Assembly: GCA_910585035.1 (NCBI GenBank)
Contig: CAJUEF010000004.1
Location: 1,499 to 65,498 of the forward strand
Length of the DNA: 64,000 nt
Reading direction: 5' to 3'
Source: an uncultured Christensenellaceae bacterium
GTDB lineage: Bacteria; Bacillota; Clostridia; Christensenellales; MGBC116941
In this document: positions 48,081 through 56,638 of the stretch, one piece after another
Layout: every line of letters starts with the position of its first letter
Numbering within the stretch: the first letter of the stretch is position 1
The notes under the pieces: model-generated
The model's database searches: none
The model's input: only the letters and a program-made list of their open reading frames with translations
Told to the model about the DNA's origin: nothing
Position numbers and translations under genes: made by a program

Positions 48081-48761
48081 ATGGCAAAAGTACTTATATA
48101 CAACAACGATGAAAATAAAATGGAAACCTTTGAGAGAAAAGAAACAGACGCTATGCCTTACATCACAGGCAGAAGCATGACAGTAGGCGAATTTAGGGGC
48201 AGCAGCAAATCCAATGTGCTTTGGTCTGACAAGACCACAATGGAGACATGGAATGCTTTTAGAAGGTATTACGGGGATCCTATATTTATTGGCTATGCCT
48301 TTAAACGTATTTGGGAAGGCGGACACGGTAAACAAAGCCAGCACTATGCGGGAGTTTCTTTTGATACAGGTCAAAATTTAAGTACATCCGGGAGGAACAG
48401 GCTTCACAGCGCTGCCGTATCCTTTGGCAGATGGACTTATGTTGAACCTAAAAGCCTTACTCCAACCTGGGTGCATTTTGACAAGCGTTACGGCACACCG
48501 GCTTGCTCTTCCGGCGGTTACCCTGTGAGGAGAAAAGGAGATAAGGGAATTTATGTGCTGGTTCTTCAGGACGCTCTTAACGCTCTTGGCTTTTCAACCA
48601 GGACTTTGGATGGAATATTTGGTGACTGGACTTTGAATGCAGTAAGACAGTTTCAAACGGATAGCGGACTTACTTCAGATGGAATAGTGGGCTGCGGTAC
48701 ATGGAGAAGTCTTACGGACAAAGCTGTTAAGATTGGCAGAACAAGTACAGTAATTGACTAA
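48081..48761 (+). CDS. M15A peptidase-like domain + C-terminal peptidoglycan-binding domain protein
   Basis: SQHYAGVSFD ... TWVHFDKR (H-x6-D ... H zinc pattern), then PG_binding_1 (LQDALNALGFSTRTLDGIFGDWTLNAVRQFQTDSGLTSDGIVGCGTW). There is no signal peptide. Confidence 0.7.
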   Translation: MAKVLIYNNDENKMETFERKETDAMPYITGRSMTVGEFRGSSKSNVLWSDKTTMETWNAFRRYYGDPIFIGYAFKRIWEGGHGKQSQHYAGVSFDTGQNLSTSGRNRLHSAAVSFGRWTYVEPKSLTPTWVHFDKRYGTPACSSGGYPVRRKGDKGIYVLVLQDALNALGFSTRTLDGIFGDWTLNAVRQFQTDSGLTSDGIVGCGTWRSLTDKAVKIGRTSTVID

Positions 48762-48867
48762 TCGGCTTATTATCTGTTATAATAGCTTCATCCATCTTTA
48801 TTTAAGAAAGGTAAGGTGGAGCAGGAGAAACTTAATTATAAGTTAAGAAATTAAAGTGGAAAATATA

Positions 48868-48912
48868 AGGTTTTCTTTTTATTGCTTTTTCATTTTTCTA
48901 AAAGAAAAAGTA
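48868..48912 (+). repeat. family A hairpin repeat, copy 8 (left arm degenerate)
   Basis: ggttttcttttta flank and an intact right arm aaaagaaaaagtaa (48899-48912). An isolated right-arm fragment, aagaaaggtaag, lies at about 48806. Confidence 0.6.
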
Positions 48913-48941
48913 AAATAGAAGTATAGAAAAAGCAACAAAGT

Positions 48942-49006
48942 ATATTGTAATAACTTTACGACATGCAAAGGCGAAACTTTTGCGTGCTTTGAAGTATATA
49001 TTATAA
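48942..49006 (-). repeat. family B dispersed element, partial and diverged copy (B4)
   Basis: attgtaataactttacgacatgcaaaggcgaaacttttgcgtgc aligns with 17227-17270 (gttataataacctcacgaaatgcttgcaaaagcgaagcttttgatc). Confidence 0.5.
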
Positions 49007-49138
49007 TAAAAAGAGTATATGGCTTTGTGCAGGGAGTAATTCTTATATAAGTGGTGATATGACGGATTTAAGAGATAATTGATGAATTAAGTACTGCCCG
49101 GGAAATATACAAAAGAAAAGGAATTTAGTGGAGGAAAT

Positions 49139-50479
49139 ATGAAAGATAACAAAAGAGTTCATTTTGCCAGCAAGATTGGATTTCTTCTGGCAACAGCAGG
49201 CTCCGCCGTGGGGCTTGGAAATTTATGGAAGTTCCCGTATATGACAGGTCTTAACGGCGGCTTTCTGTTTATTATAGTATCATTAGTTATGGTATTTTTA
49301 ATAGGCATGCCGGTTATGATGTCGGAAATGGCTATTGGACGAAATACGCAGAAAAGTCCTGTGGGCGCTTATTCTGCAATAAACAAAAAATACCGTATAT
49401 TTGGTATAATGCCAACGATTGTGGCGTTTATAATTTTGTCTTACTACAGCGTTATAGGCGGATGGGTTTTAAAATACCTGTTTACATATGTAACAGGGGG
49501 ATTAAACGGCGTTTCAGCGGCAACAGCCTTTGAAAGCTTTGTTACCAATCCGTGGGAGCCGTTAATATGGCATGGAATATTTATGGCTATTACCATTGGC
49601 ATATGTTATATGGGTGTTAATAAAGGAATTGAAAAAGCAAGTGAATTTATGATGCCTGCGCTTTTTATAATAGTTATAATCACTTGTATTCGTTCAATAA
49701 CTTTGCCGGGCGCAATGGATGGTGTTAAATTTTTATTTCAGCCGAATTTGGATAAGATATTTTCTCCTGAGCTTTATATAGGCGCTCTGTCACAGTCTTT
49801 CTACTCTCTTAGTCTTGGTATGGCGATTATAATTACTTATGGAAGCTATATGAATAAAAGTGAGAATATAGGCAAGAGCTCTGCAATAGTTTGTTCAATG
49901 GATTTATCTGTGGCCGTACTTGCCAGTATAGCAATTATGCCTGCGGTATTTTCCGCAGGATTGGAGCCAACTTCAGGACCAAAGCTGATATTTGTTACTT
50001 TGCCTTATGTATTTGAAGCAATGCCAATGGGCGTTTTATTTGCGGTTCTGTTCTTTGTGCTGGTATTATTTGCAGCTGTTACAAGTTCTATATCCCTGCT
50101 TGAGACAACGGCTGCTTATGCTATAGACGAGAGAGGCTGGTCAAGAGCAAAGGCGGTTTTGGTGCTTGGAACTATTATGGCTATAATAGGTATACCTTCA
50201 TCTCTTTCTCAGGGAGTATGGGCTGAGTATACCGTTATGGGTATGGGTTGCCTTGATTTTCTTTCGTTCCTTACAGATAATATTATGCTTCCAATATGTG
50301 CCTTTTGCAGTTGTATTTATATCAGCCGCTGCTGGAAAACCAGTAACGCTTGTGATGAAATGGGTCTTAAAGGTGCCTTTAGAAAGGCTTACAGCTTTAT
50401 TATAAGCTATGTGGCTCCGATAGCCATTGCGGTAGTATTTATATATGGCTTGCTGCCTTTCTTTGGGGTTAAGGTTTAA
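49139..50479 (+). CDS. sodium-dependent transporter, SNF (neurotransmitter:sodium symporter) family
   Basis: SKIGFLLATAGSAVGLGNLWKFPY is the NSS signature. 446 aa, about 11-12 TM segments. Confidence 0.9.
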   Translation: MKDNKRVHFASKIGFLLATAGSAVGLGNLWKFPYMTGLNGGFLFIIVSLVMVFLIGMPVMMSEMAIGRNTQKSPVGAYSAINKKYRIFGIMPTIVAFIILSYYSVIGGWVLKYLFTYVTGGLNGVSAATAFESFVTNPWEPLIWHGIFMAITIGICYMGVNKGIEKASEFMMPALFIIVIITCIRSITLPGAMDGVKFLFQPNLDKIFSPELYIGALSQSFYSLSLGMAIIITYGSYMNKSENIGKSSAIVCSMDLSVAVLASIAIMPAVFSAGLEPTSGPKLIFVTLPYVFEAMPMGVLFAVLFFVLVLFAAVTSSISLLETTAAYAIDERGWSRAKAVLVLGTIMAIIGIPSSLSQGVWAEYTVMGMGCLDFLSFLTDNIMLPICAFCSCIYISRCWKTSNACDEMGLKGAFRKAYSFIISYVAPIAIAVVFIYGLLPFFGVKV

Positions 50480-50505
50480 TTTTTGCTTTTATAAAAAGAA
50501 GAATA

Positions 50506-50540
50506 AAAAGTCTATCTAATTATACAGATAGACTTTTTTA
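50506..50540 (+). terminator. intrinsic terminator after the SNF transporter gene
   Basis: aagtctatc (50508-50516) / gatagactt (50527-50535) running into a T tract. Confidence 0.75.
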
Positions 50541-50641
50541 TTTTGTAATTTTTAGATTATAAATCAGTAAGCTTTTTTTAAATTTCTAAAATTACGTACA
50601 ATTAATAAAACCACTAATATTTACTATGTATATTATTAAAA

Positions 50642-51097
50642 TCAAGTGGTTTTGGCTAATTCGTCGTAATAAAAAATATGTTTTTTCATTATTTTGGCAT
50701 ATTTCGTAGCTCTTAGCACATTTTTCTCAGGAGTGTTATAACATGTGATAATATAATCAGATTTATGTACCATCCATATATGCCTGATAAAATCTGAAAG
50801 ACGGTTGCGTTTATGGTCAAGTATTTTTGGACAAATCATTTTGTCACATAGGTCTATCTCCCGCCGCATCAAAACTATTACTCCTCGGTCTAAAATCATA
50901 AAAACGCCCATTTGCGGGTATTTTTCTTTTAAAGTATTAATTGTCTTTACACTGCAATAATGAAGATCTTTATCAGGCTTAAAATAAAATTTAGTTACGT
51001 TTTCTTCATTTATTAATTTTTCTGCAATGTTTTTAATTTTATCCTTAGTTTCGTCATCTAGATTTCCATAATCAAATAAACTGCATATTTTCTCCAT
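50642..51097 (-). CDS. hypothetical protein (151 aa; the alternative start at 51121 gives 159 aa)
   Basis: Clean ORF in a very AT-rich islet. ATG 51097 is preceded by aggagagg. I see only a vague resemblance to YpsA/DUF1273-like SLOG proteins (LKEKYPQMGVFMIL; SDYIITCY) and do not rely on it. Confidence 0.45.
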   Translation of the reverse strand: MEKICSLFDYGNLDDETKDKIKNIAEKLINEENVTKFYFKPDKDLHYCSVKTINTLKEKYPQMGVFMILDRGVIVLMRREIDLCDKMICPKILDHKRNRLSDFIRHIWMVHKSDYIITCYNTPEKNVLRATKYAKIMKKHIFYYDELAKTT

Positions 51098-51244
51098 TGT
51101 TTTATTTACCTCTCCTACCATATTTTGTTATTTGTACCCTTTTTACATACATTATATACCCTAATAATCTCTAACACAATAGGTTAAATTAATGTAGACT
51201 AGAAGAAAACGAATTGTATACTGTTAGTTTACACTGGGTGGAAA

Positions 51245-51574
51245 ATGAAAAAGAGCAATTTAGGATCTAGAATTAAAATAGCAAGAAGTAGTTTAGGAAT
51301 TACATCTGAAAATTTGGCTGAGGCATGTAATATAAGCAACACATATATGCGTAAAATTGAAAGTGGTTCACAAATTCCAAGTGTAGCTGTGTTTATTACT
51401 ATATGCAATGAGCTTAAAGTTTCTGCAGATTATCTTTTGCAGGACTTTTTGGATTGCAATGAATTAGATGATTTACCTGAGCTGAAAGAGCTTTGGAAGA
51501 AAGCTTCGCCAAAACAAAGCGGTATGGCAATATCTATGATAAAGGAAGCAATGAAGCATACCAACACTAAATAA
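51245..51574 (+). CDS. XRE-family HTH transcriptional regulator
   Basis: IKIARSSLGITSENLAEACNISNTYMRKIESG is an HTH_XRE motif. It is divergent from the hypothetical gene at 50642. Confidence 0.85.
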   Translation: MKKSNLGSRIKIARSSLGITSENLAEACNISNTYMRKIESGSQIPSVAVFITICNELKVSADYLLQDFLDCNELDDLPELKELWKKASPKQSGMAISMIKEAMKHTNTK

Positions 51575-51610
51575 TATAAAATATTCTGTAAATTACAAAA
51601 ATATATCAGC

Positions 51611-51645
51611 AAAAAAGAACCCCATTCTTTTGAATGGGGTTTTGG
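51611..51645. terminator. bidirectional intrinsic terminator
   Basis: An A run, then aaccccattc (51618-51627) / gaatggggtt (51632-51641), then ttgggtt. Confidence 0.75.
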
Positions 51646-51661
51646 GTTATGTTTATTTATT

Positions 51662-51706
51662 GGTTTTCTTTTTGTTACTTTTTCTTTTTTCTAAAAGAAA
51701 AAGTAA
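51662..51706 (+). repeat. family A hairpin repeat, copy 9 (near-consensus)
   Basis: ggttttctttttg flank, then a perfect 14-bp stem ttactttttctttt (51675-51688) / aaaagaaaaagtaa (51693-51706) with loop ttct. Confidence 0.85.
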
Positions 51707-51711
51707 GCAGT

Positions 51712-51945
51712 TTATTTTCTTACAATAAAAGGTTTTAATATCTCATAGTCGGAAGGTTCGCTAAGGCTGAGCTCCCACTCAATGTTGTTGTCATCATCAA
51801 ACATTTGTGTAATTGCGATATACTGGCAAAGAGTGGACCTAAGGTTAAGCTTATCGCCGTCCCCAGTTATAAGCTCGACTTCACCTTTGCATTGCAGCAC
51901 AGCTTTAAAGAACTCCTTTAAGTTAATAATACCTTTAATATCCAT
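51712..51945 (-). CDS. small hypothetical protein (77 aa) translationally coupled to nfnB
   Basis: Its start lies 4 nt after the nfnB stop codon. It is acidic and has no recognisable motif. Confidence 0.55.
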   Translation of the reverse strand: MDIKGIINLKEFFKAVLQCKGEVELITGDGDKLNLRSTLCQYIAITQMFDDDNNIEWELSLSEPSDYEILKPFIVRK

Positions 51946-51949
51946 TTAG

Positions 51950-53341
51950 TTATCCTCGTGTTAAATATTCATCTATGGCTTTGGCAGCCGTTTTTCCTGC
52001 GCCCATGGCAAGAATAACCGTTGCTGCGCCGCTGACAGCGTCTCCTCCGGCATAAACTCCCTCAACGCTTGTTTTTCCGTTTTCATCTGCAATAATGCCA
52101 CCCCAGCTTTGGGTTTTAAGGCCGTCAAGAGATTCGCGGACAAGAGGGTTTGGAGTTTGACCTATAGCTATTATAACGGAATTTACATTAATTGTATAGT
52201 TGCTTCCGTCAATTTTAACAGGACGCCTTCTTCCACTTGCATCAGGCTCACCAAGTTCCATGCGAATACATTCCATACCGGTGACGTTTCCTTTTTCATC
52301 GCCAAGTATTTGAATAGGGGAGGTTAGCTCTATAAGCTCAATTCCTTCTTCAATAGCATGATGTATTTCTTCTGCACGCGCAGGCATCTCTGCCCTGGTT
52401 CTTCTGTAGACAATATATACTTTTTTTGCGCCAAGCCTTTTTGCTGTGCGGGCAGCGTCCATAGCCACGTTGCCGCCGCCGATAATAGCACAGGCATTGC
52501 CTACATAATAAGGGGTGTCTACCTTAGGATATTCATATGCTTTCATAAGGTTTACCCTTGTTAAAAACTCGTTGGCAGAAAATACAGTATTAAGGTTTTC
52601 ACCAGGTATTCCCATAAAGGACGGAAGCCCTGCTCCTGTAGCTATAAACACAGCTTTAAAGCCGTATTCGTCCTTTAATTCGTCAATTGTGAGGAGTCGT
52701 CCTATAACGCTGTTTACCTCAATTTTAACGCCTAGTTTTTCAAGAGCGGCTATCTCTTTGCTTACGAGACTTTTTGGCAAACGGAACTCAGGTATACCGT
52801 AAGTAAGCACGCCGCCGGGAGTGTGGAGGGATTCAAATACTGTAACGTCATAGCCTAGTTTTGCCAGGTCTCCTGCACAGGAAAGTCCTGCGGGACCGCT
52901 GCCGATAACGGCAACTTTAATTCCATTTTTTTCAATTTTGTCTTCTTTCTTATAACCGTTTGCCATTGCATAATCGGCGCAGAAGCGTTCAAGGCGACCG
53001 ATGGCAACAGGCTCGCCTTTCCTGCCACGGACACACTGCCCTTCACATTGGGTTTCCTGAGGACATACGCGTCCGCATATTGCAGGCAGGGCATTGGTAG
53101 TTTTAATAACGTCATAGGCTTCGGTAAACTTACCCTGTGCCACAAGCTCTATAAATTCGGGAATACGCACGTTTACGGGACATGCGCCAACACAAGGCTT
53201 GTGTTTACAGTTTAAACACCTGGTGGCTTCTTCGATTGCCTGCTCAGGCGTGTATACCCCTGCAACCTCTTCAAAGTTAGAATTTCTTATATTAGGATCA
53301 AGCTCTTTATTTTGAACCTTTGTTTCTCTCTTATTAATCAT
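51950..53341 (-). CDS. nfnB: NADH-dependent reduced ferredoxin:NADP+ oxidoreductase subunit B (GltD/SudA-like, annotated in many genomes as NADPH-dependent glutamate synthase)
   Basis: N-terminal 2x[4Fe-4S] Cys clusters (CLNCKHKPC..GCP; CGRVCPQETQCEGQC) and two dinucleotide folds (VIGSGPAGLSCA, IIGGGNVAMDAA). It is paired with a PyrK-like subunit. Confidence 0.85.
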   Translation of the reverse strand: MINKRETKVQNKELDPNIRNSNFEEVAGVYTPEQAIEEATRCLNCKHKPCVGACPVNVRIPEFIELVAQGKFTEAYDVIKTTNALPAICGRVCPQETQCEGQCVRGRKGEPVAIGRLERFCADYAMANGYKKEDKIEKNGIKVAVIGSGPAGLSCAGDLAKLGYDVTVFESLHTPGGVLTYGIPEFRLPKSLVSKEIAALEKLGVKIEVNSVIGRLLTIDELKDEYGFKAVFIATGAGLPSFMGIPGENLNTVFSANEFLTRVNLMKAYEYPKVDTPYYVGNACAIIGGGNVAMDAARTAKRLGAKKVYIVYRRTRAEMPARAEEIHHAIEEGIELIELTSPIQILGDEKGNVTGMECIRMELGEPDASGRRRPVKIDGSNYTINVNSVIIAIGQTPNPLVRESLDGLKTQSWGGIIADENGKTSVEGVYAGGDAVSGAATVILAMGAGKTAAKAIDEYLTRG

Positions 53342-54170
53342 TAACCTTTACCCCCATAAGCTTACAATCCTGTTCTCTTTCTTGGCTTTTAAATACACTG
53401 TTACGGCGCATTGCTTCGTCAAAATCCACTTTGTGACCGTCAAAGTCGGGACCATCAACACAGGCAAACTTTACCTTGCCGTCATAGGTAAGGCGACAGC
53501 AGCCGCACATACCTGTGCCGTCTATCATAATTGTGTTCATGCTTACAATGGTTTTTATACCATACTCTTTGGTTAAAAGAGATACAAATTTCATCATAAT
53601 CAGAGGACCTATGGCAATTACTAAATCATAGTTTTTTCCCTTTTCGATTTCTGCTTTTAAAGCATCGGTTACAAGGCCTTTATTGCCGTTGCTGCCATCA
53701 TCGGTCATAACTATTAAGTCACGGCAGACAGCGCGCATTTCATCTTCCAATATAATATAATCGGTGTTTCTAAAACCGGCGATAATATCCACGTTTACTC
53801 CCATGCTGCTAAGCTTCTTTGCTTGTGGATAACTTATGGCGCAGCCAAGGCCACCGCCGATAACAGCTACATTTTTACATCCTTCAAATTCGGAAGGCTT
53901 GCCAAGAGGACCTGTAACATCCATTATGCTGTCGCCAGTGTTTAACATATCAAGACGCTTTGTAGAGACGCCTATTTTTTGAAACACTATTGTAATGGTG
54001 CCGCCGTCTTCGTCATAATCGTTTATGGTAAGGGGAACACGTTCGCCTTTATCATCTATACGGAAAATTATGAACTGTCCCGGCTGTGCTTTTTTGGCAA
54101 TTAACGGAGCCTTGATTTTCATAAGCACGATATTTTCACAAAGGTCTCTTTTTTCAATTATTTCATACAT
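53334..54170 (-). CDS. nfnA: NfnA / PyrK-like FAD and [2Fe-2S] ferredoxin-NADP reductase subunit
   Basis: FNR-like fold (PGQFIIFRI, GGGLGCA) and the C-terminal cluster CGCCRL....ACVDGP. It overlaps nfnB by 8 nt. Confidence 0.85.
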   Translation of the reverse strand: MYEIIEKRDLCENIVLMKIKAPLIAKKAQPGQFIIFRIDDKGERVPLTINDYDEDGGTITIVFQKIGVSTKRLDMLNTGDSIMDVTGPLGKPSEFEGCKNVAVIGGGLGCAISYPQAKKLSSMGVNVDIIAGFRNTDYIILEDEMRAVCRDLIVMTDDGSNGNKGLVTDALKAEIEKGKNYDLVIAIGPLIMMKFVSLLTKEYGIKTIVSMNTIMIDGTGMCGCCRLTYDGKVKFACVDGPDFDGHKVDFDEAMRRNSVFKSQEREQDCKLMGVKVND

Positions 54171-54213
54171 TTATTTCACTTCCTTGAATGAGGTTGTACT
54201 TTATATTTTAGCT

Positions 54214-54987
54214 TTATTTATATTTATCCTGCAGCATTTTTAATTCGCCGCTGTTTTCCATGTTTTCTATTGCCGAATTAATTTTTTCCAAAAGCTCTGT
54301 GTCATTATAGCGCACCACTACGCAATATTTGCATTCCCCAACAGTAAATCTTTTTAATCCTGATGATGGTAAAAAAATTCGGTTCGTACAAAATACGTCT
54401 ATTTTTCCAAGCTGCACGGCTTCAACGCCGTCACTGTAGCCCTCGTAGCTTACGAAGGATGCTTCAAGCTTAGCTTCCTTTATAAGTGACTGTAATCTCT
54501 TATGTGCATAAGAATTGTTTATAACGCCAATTTTTTTACCTGCCAAATCACTCAAAGACATAATGCTGCCGTTTGCATAAACACATTCGACGTAATCTGT
54601 ATAATAAGGACGGGAATACCTGTATTTATCGCTTTTTTCATCTGTAATGGGCTGAGTGGCTATAATACAGTCTATTTTTTTGTTATTGAGAAAATACTGA
54701 GCAGTTTTCATGCTTACACTGTTAAGCTCTAAAAGTGATTCATCCCCATATATGTACTTTGCAAGATGTTTTGATAAATCCACTTCCATTCCTGAGAGTT
54801 CGTCGTCATAATATTGCTGATAGCCCATATTCTTAACATCATAGTGTACGCCGACACGGAGGGCGTCTATAAGCTGTTCTTCATTATAAGCGTCGGCAGT
54901 GTTTGTTGGGCCGCTGTTATTTATGACGAAAACAAGCAGCGTTAAAAATGCTACGCCACCCATTAATATAAGCAGTTTTTTTAACAT
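54214..54987 (-). CDS. amino-acid-type periplasmic substrate-binding domain protein (SBP_bac_3), membrane anchored
   Basis: N-terminal TM helix with no lipobox. Its length and patterns (VGVHYD, KIDCIIATQPIT, KKIGVINNSYA) resemble type 2 PBPs. No permease or ATPase gene is adjacent. Confidence 0.7.
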   Translation of the reverse strand: MLKKLLILMGGVAFLTLLVFVINNSGPTNTADAYNEEQLIDALRVGVHYDVKNMGYQQYYDDELSGMEVDLSKHLAKYIYGDESLLELNSVSMKTAQYFLNNKKIDCIIATQPITDEKSDKYRYSRPYYTDYVECVYANGSIMSLSDLAGKKIGVINNSYAHKRLQSLIKEAKLEASFVSYEGYSDGVEAVQLGKIDVFCTNRIFLPSSGLKRFTVGECKYCVVVRYNDTELLEKINSAIENMENSGELKMLQDKYK

Positions 54988-55184
54988 ATACCGTCCTTTA
55001 TATAAAGTTGATTTACGTTTAATTATACTAAAGCTATATGTGAATGTAAAGGACGAAAGGAATAAATATTGACAAAATGTGCCTTAAAAAAATGACACAG
55101 TAGGTGATTTTTTAAAAATTTATATTTACAATTCCAGTAGGTTTGTTTTATGATATAAAGGACATTTGCTTGGGAGAGGGAAAA

Positions 55185-56618
55185 ATGATTTATATATTTG
55201 TAATTTTGTATATTGTTGGGCTGGCTGCAATATCCGTTATAACCAGTAAAAAATTTAATTCGGTAGACGATTTTTTACTCGGAGGAAGGGAAATGGGCCC
55301 ATGGATAAGCGCTTTTGCCTATGGAACAACATATTTTAGCGCCGTTATATTCGTGGGATATGCGGGAAGCGTGGGATACGGCAACGGCATATCGGGAATT
55401 TTGGTTGGTTTTGGAAATGCTTTTATAGGAAGTATGCTGGCATGGTTTGTGCTGGCGAAGCGCACCAGGTCTTTCACCGGTAAATATAATATTTCCACTA
55501 TGCCGGAGTTTTTTGAAAAACGATATGATTCCAAAGGGCTTAAAATAGCAAGCGCAGTTATTATATTTGTGTTTTTGGTGCCATATTGTGCATCTGTTTA
55601 TCAAGGATTGTCCTATCTTTTTGAAATCAGCCTTGGAATTAAGTTTGAGTATTGCATAATTGCAATGGCTGCCATTACTGCTGTGTATCTCTTTTTCGGC
55701 GGATATTTTACAACGGCTTTTGTAAATATGTTCCAGGGTATAATTATGATTGTAGGCGTAATCTTAATGGTTGCATTTATTATGTATAATCCTAAAGTCG
55801 GCGGATTTGTAAATGGTATATCCCAGCTTAAAAGTATTGATCCAAAGCTTGTGTCATTTAATCCCTTAGATATTAGCAACGTAATAGTTATGACCCTTCT
55901 TACCAGCGTTGGAAGCTGGGGATTACCCCAAATGGTGCACAAGTTTTATACGATTAAAGATGAAAAAGCAATTAAAAGCGGAATGATAATATCTACGTTA
56001 TTTGCTTTGCTCATTGCCACAAGCGCATATTTTGTTGGAGCGTTCGGAAGGTTTTTTATTGAATCGGGTGCAGTGGCAGACACTTCGACGGTTGTTCCCG
56101 TGATGATAACTGCCGCACTGCCTGAATTGCTTGTTGGACTTGTAATAGCGCTTGTACTGTCTGCATCAATGTCAACTTTATCATCTTTAGTACTTGTTTC
56201 CGCTTCGTCTATTGCCGTTGATTTGTTAAAGGGACACTTTAAAAAGGATATGGACAATAAAAGCGTAGTGCTGGTTCTTAGAGTTCTTTGTGTAATCTTT
56301 GTTATTGTATCTCTTATAGTTGCTTTAGATAAAAATAACGCTATAGTTACTCTTATGTCTTATTCCTGGGGCACAATATCAGGCTGTTTTATTGCACCGT
56401 TTTTATATGGGCTTTATTGGAAAGGCATGACAAAGGCAGGTGCGGTCTCAGGCATTATTTGCGGACTGGGCATTAATCTTATTGGCTTTTTATTTGTACA
56501 TAATGCGCCTCTTACAGGTGTTATTGCAATGTTTGCATCACTGGCGGTTGTTCCTGTTGTCAGCCTTTGCACGGCTAAATACAGCAATAAGTTTAATGAA
56601 GAAATAATGAAGTTTTAG
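55185..56618 (+). CDS. sodium:solute symporter (SSS) family transporter (PutP/PanF-like)
   Basis: DDFLLGGREMGPWISAFAYGTTYFSAVIFVGYAG is typical of the SSS N-terminus. ATG 55185 follows gggagaggg. The track's TTG is at 55143. Confidence 0.88.
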   Translation: MIYIFVILYIVGLAAISVITSKKFNSVDDFLLGGREMGPWISAFAYGTTYFSAVIFVGYAGSVGYGNGISGILVGFGNAFIGSMLAWFVLAKRTRSFTGKYNISTMPEFFEKRYDSKGLKIASAVIIFVFLVPYCASVYQGLSYLFEISLGIKFEYCIIAMAAITAVYLFFGGYFTTAFVNMFQGIIMIVGVILMVAFIMYNPKVGGFVNGISQLKSIDPKLVSFNPLDISNVIVMTLLTSVGSWGLPQMVHKFYTIKDEKAIKSGMIISTLFALLIATSAYFVGAFGRFFIESGAVADTSTVVPVMITAALPELLVGLVIALVLSASMSTLSSLVLVSASSIAVDLLKGHFKKDMDNKSVVLVLRVLCVIFVIVSLIVALDKNNAIVTLMSYSWGTISGCFIAPFLYGLYWKGMTKAGAVSGIICGLGINLIGFLFVHNAPLTGVIAMFASLAVVPVVSLCTAKYSNKFNEEIMKF

Positions 56619-56638
56619 TAGTTATCGGGAAGCTTATT

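Noticed and set aside
54994-55055. Long-range complementary 9-mers cgtccttta (54994-55002) and taaaggacg (55047-55055) between the SBP gene and the SSS transporter.
   Set aside because: This is a single short stem with a 44-nt AT-rich loop, no T run and no conservation evidence. It could easily arise by chance in AT-rich DNA.
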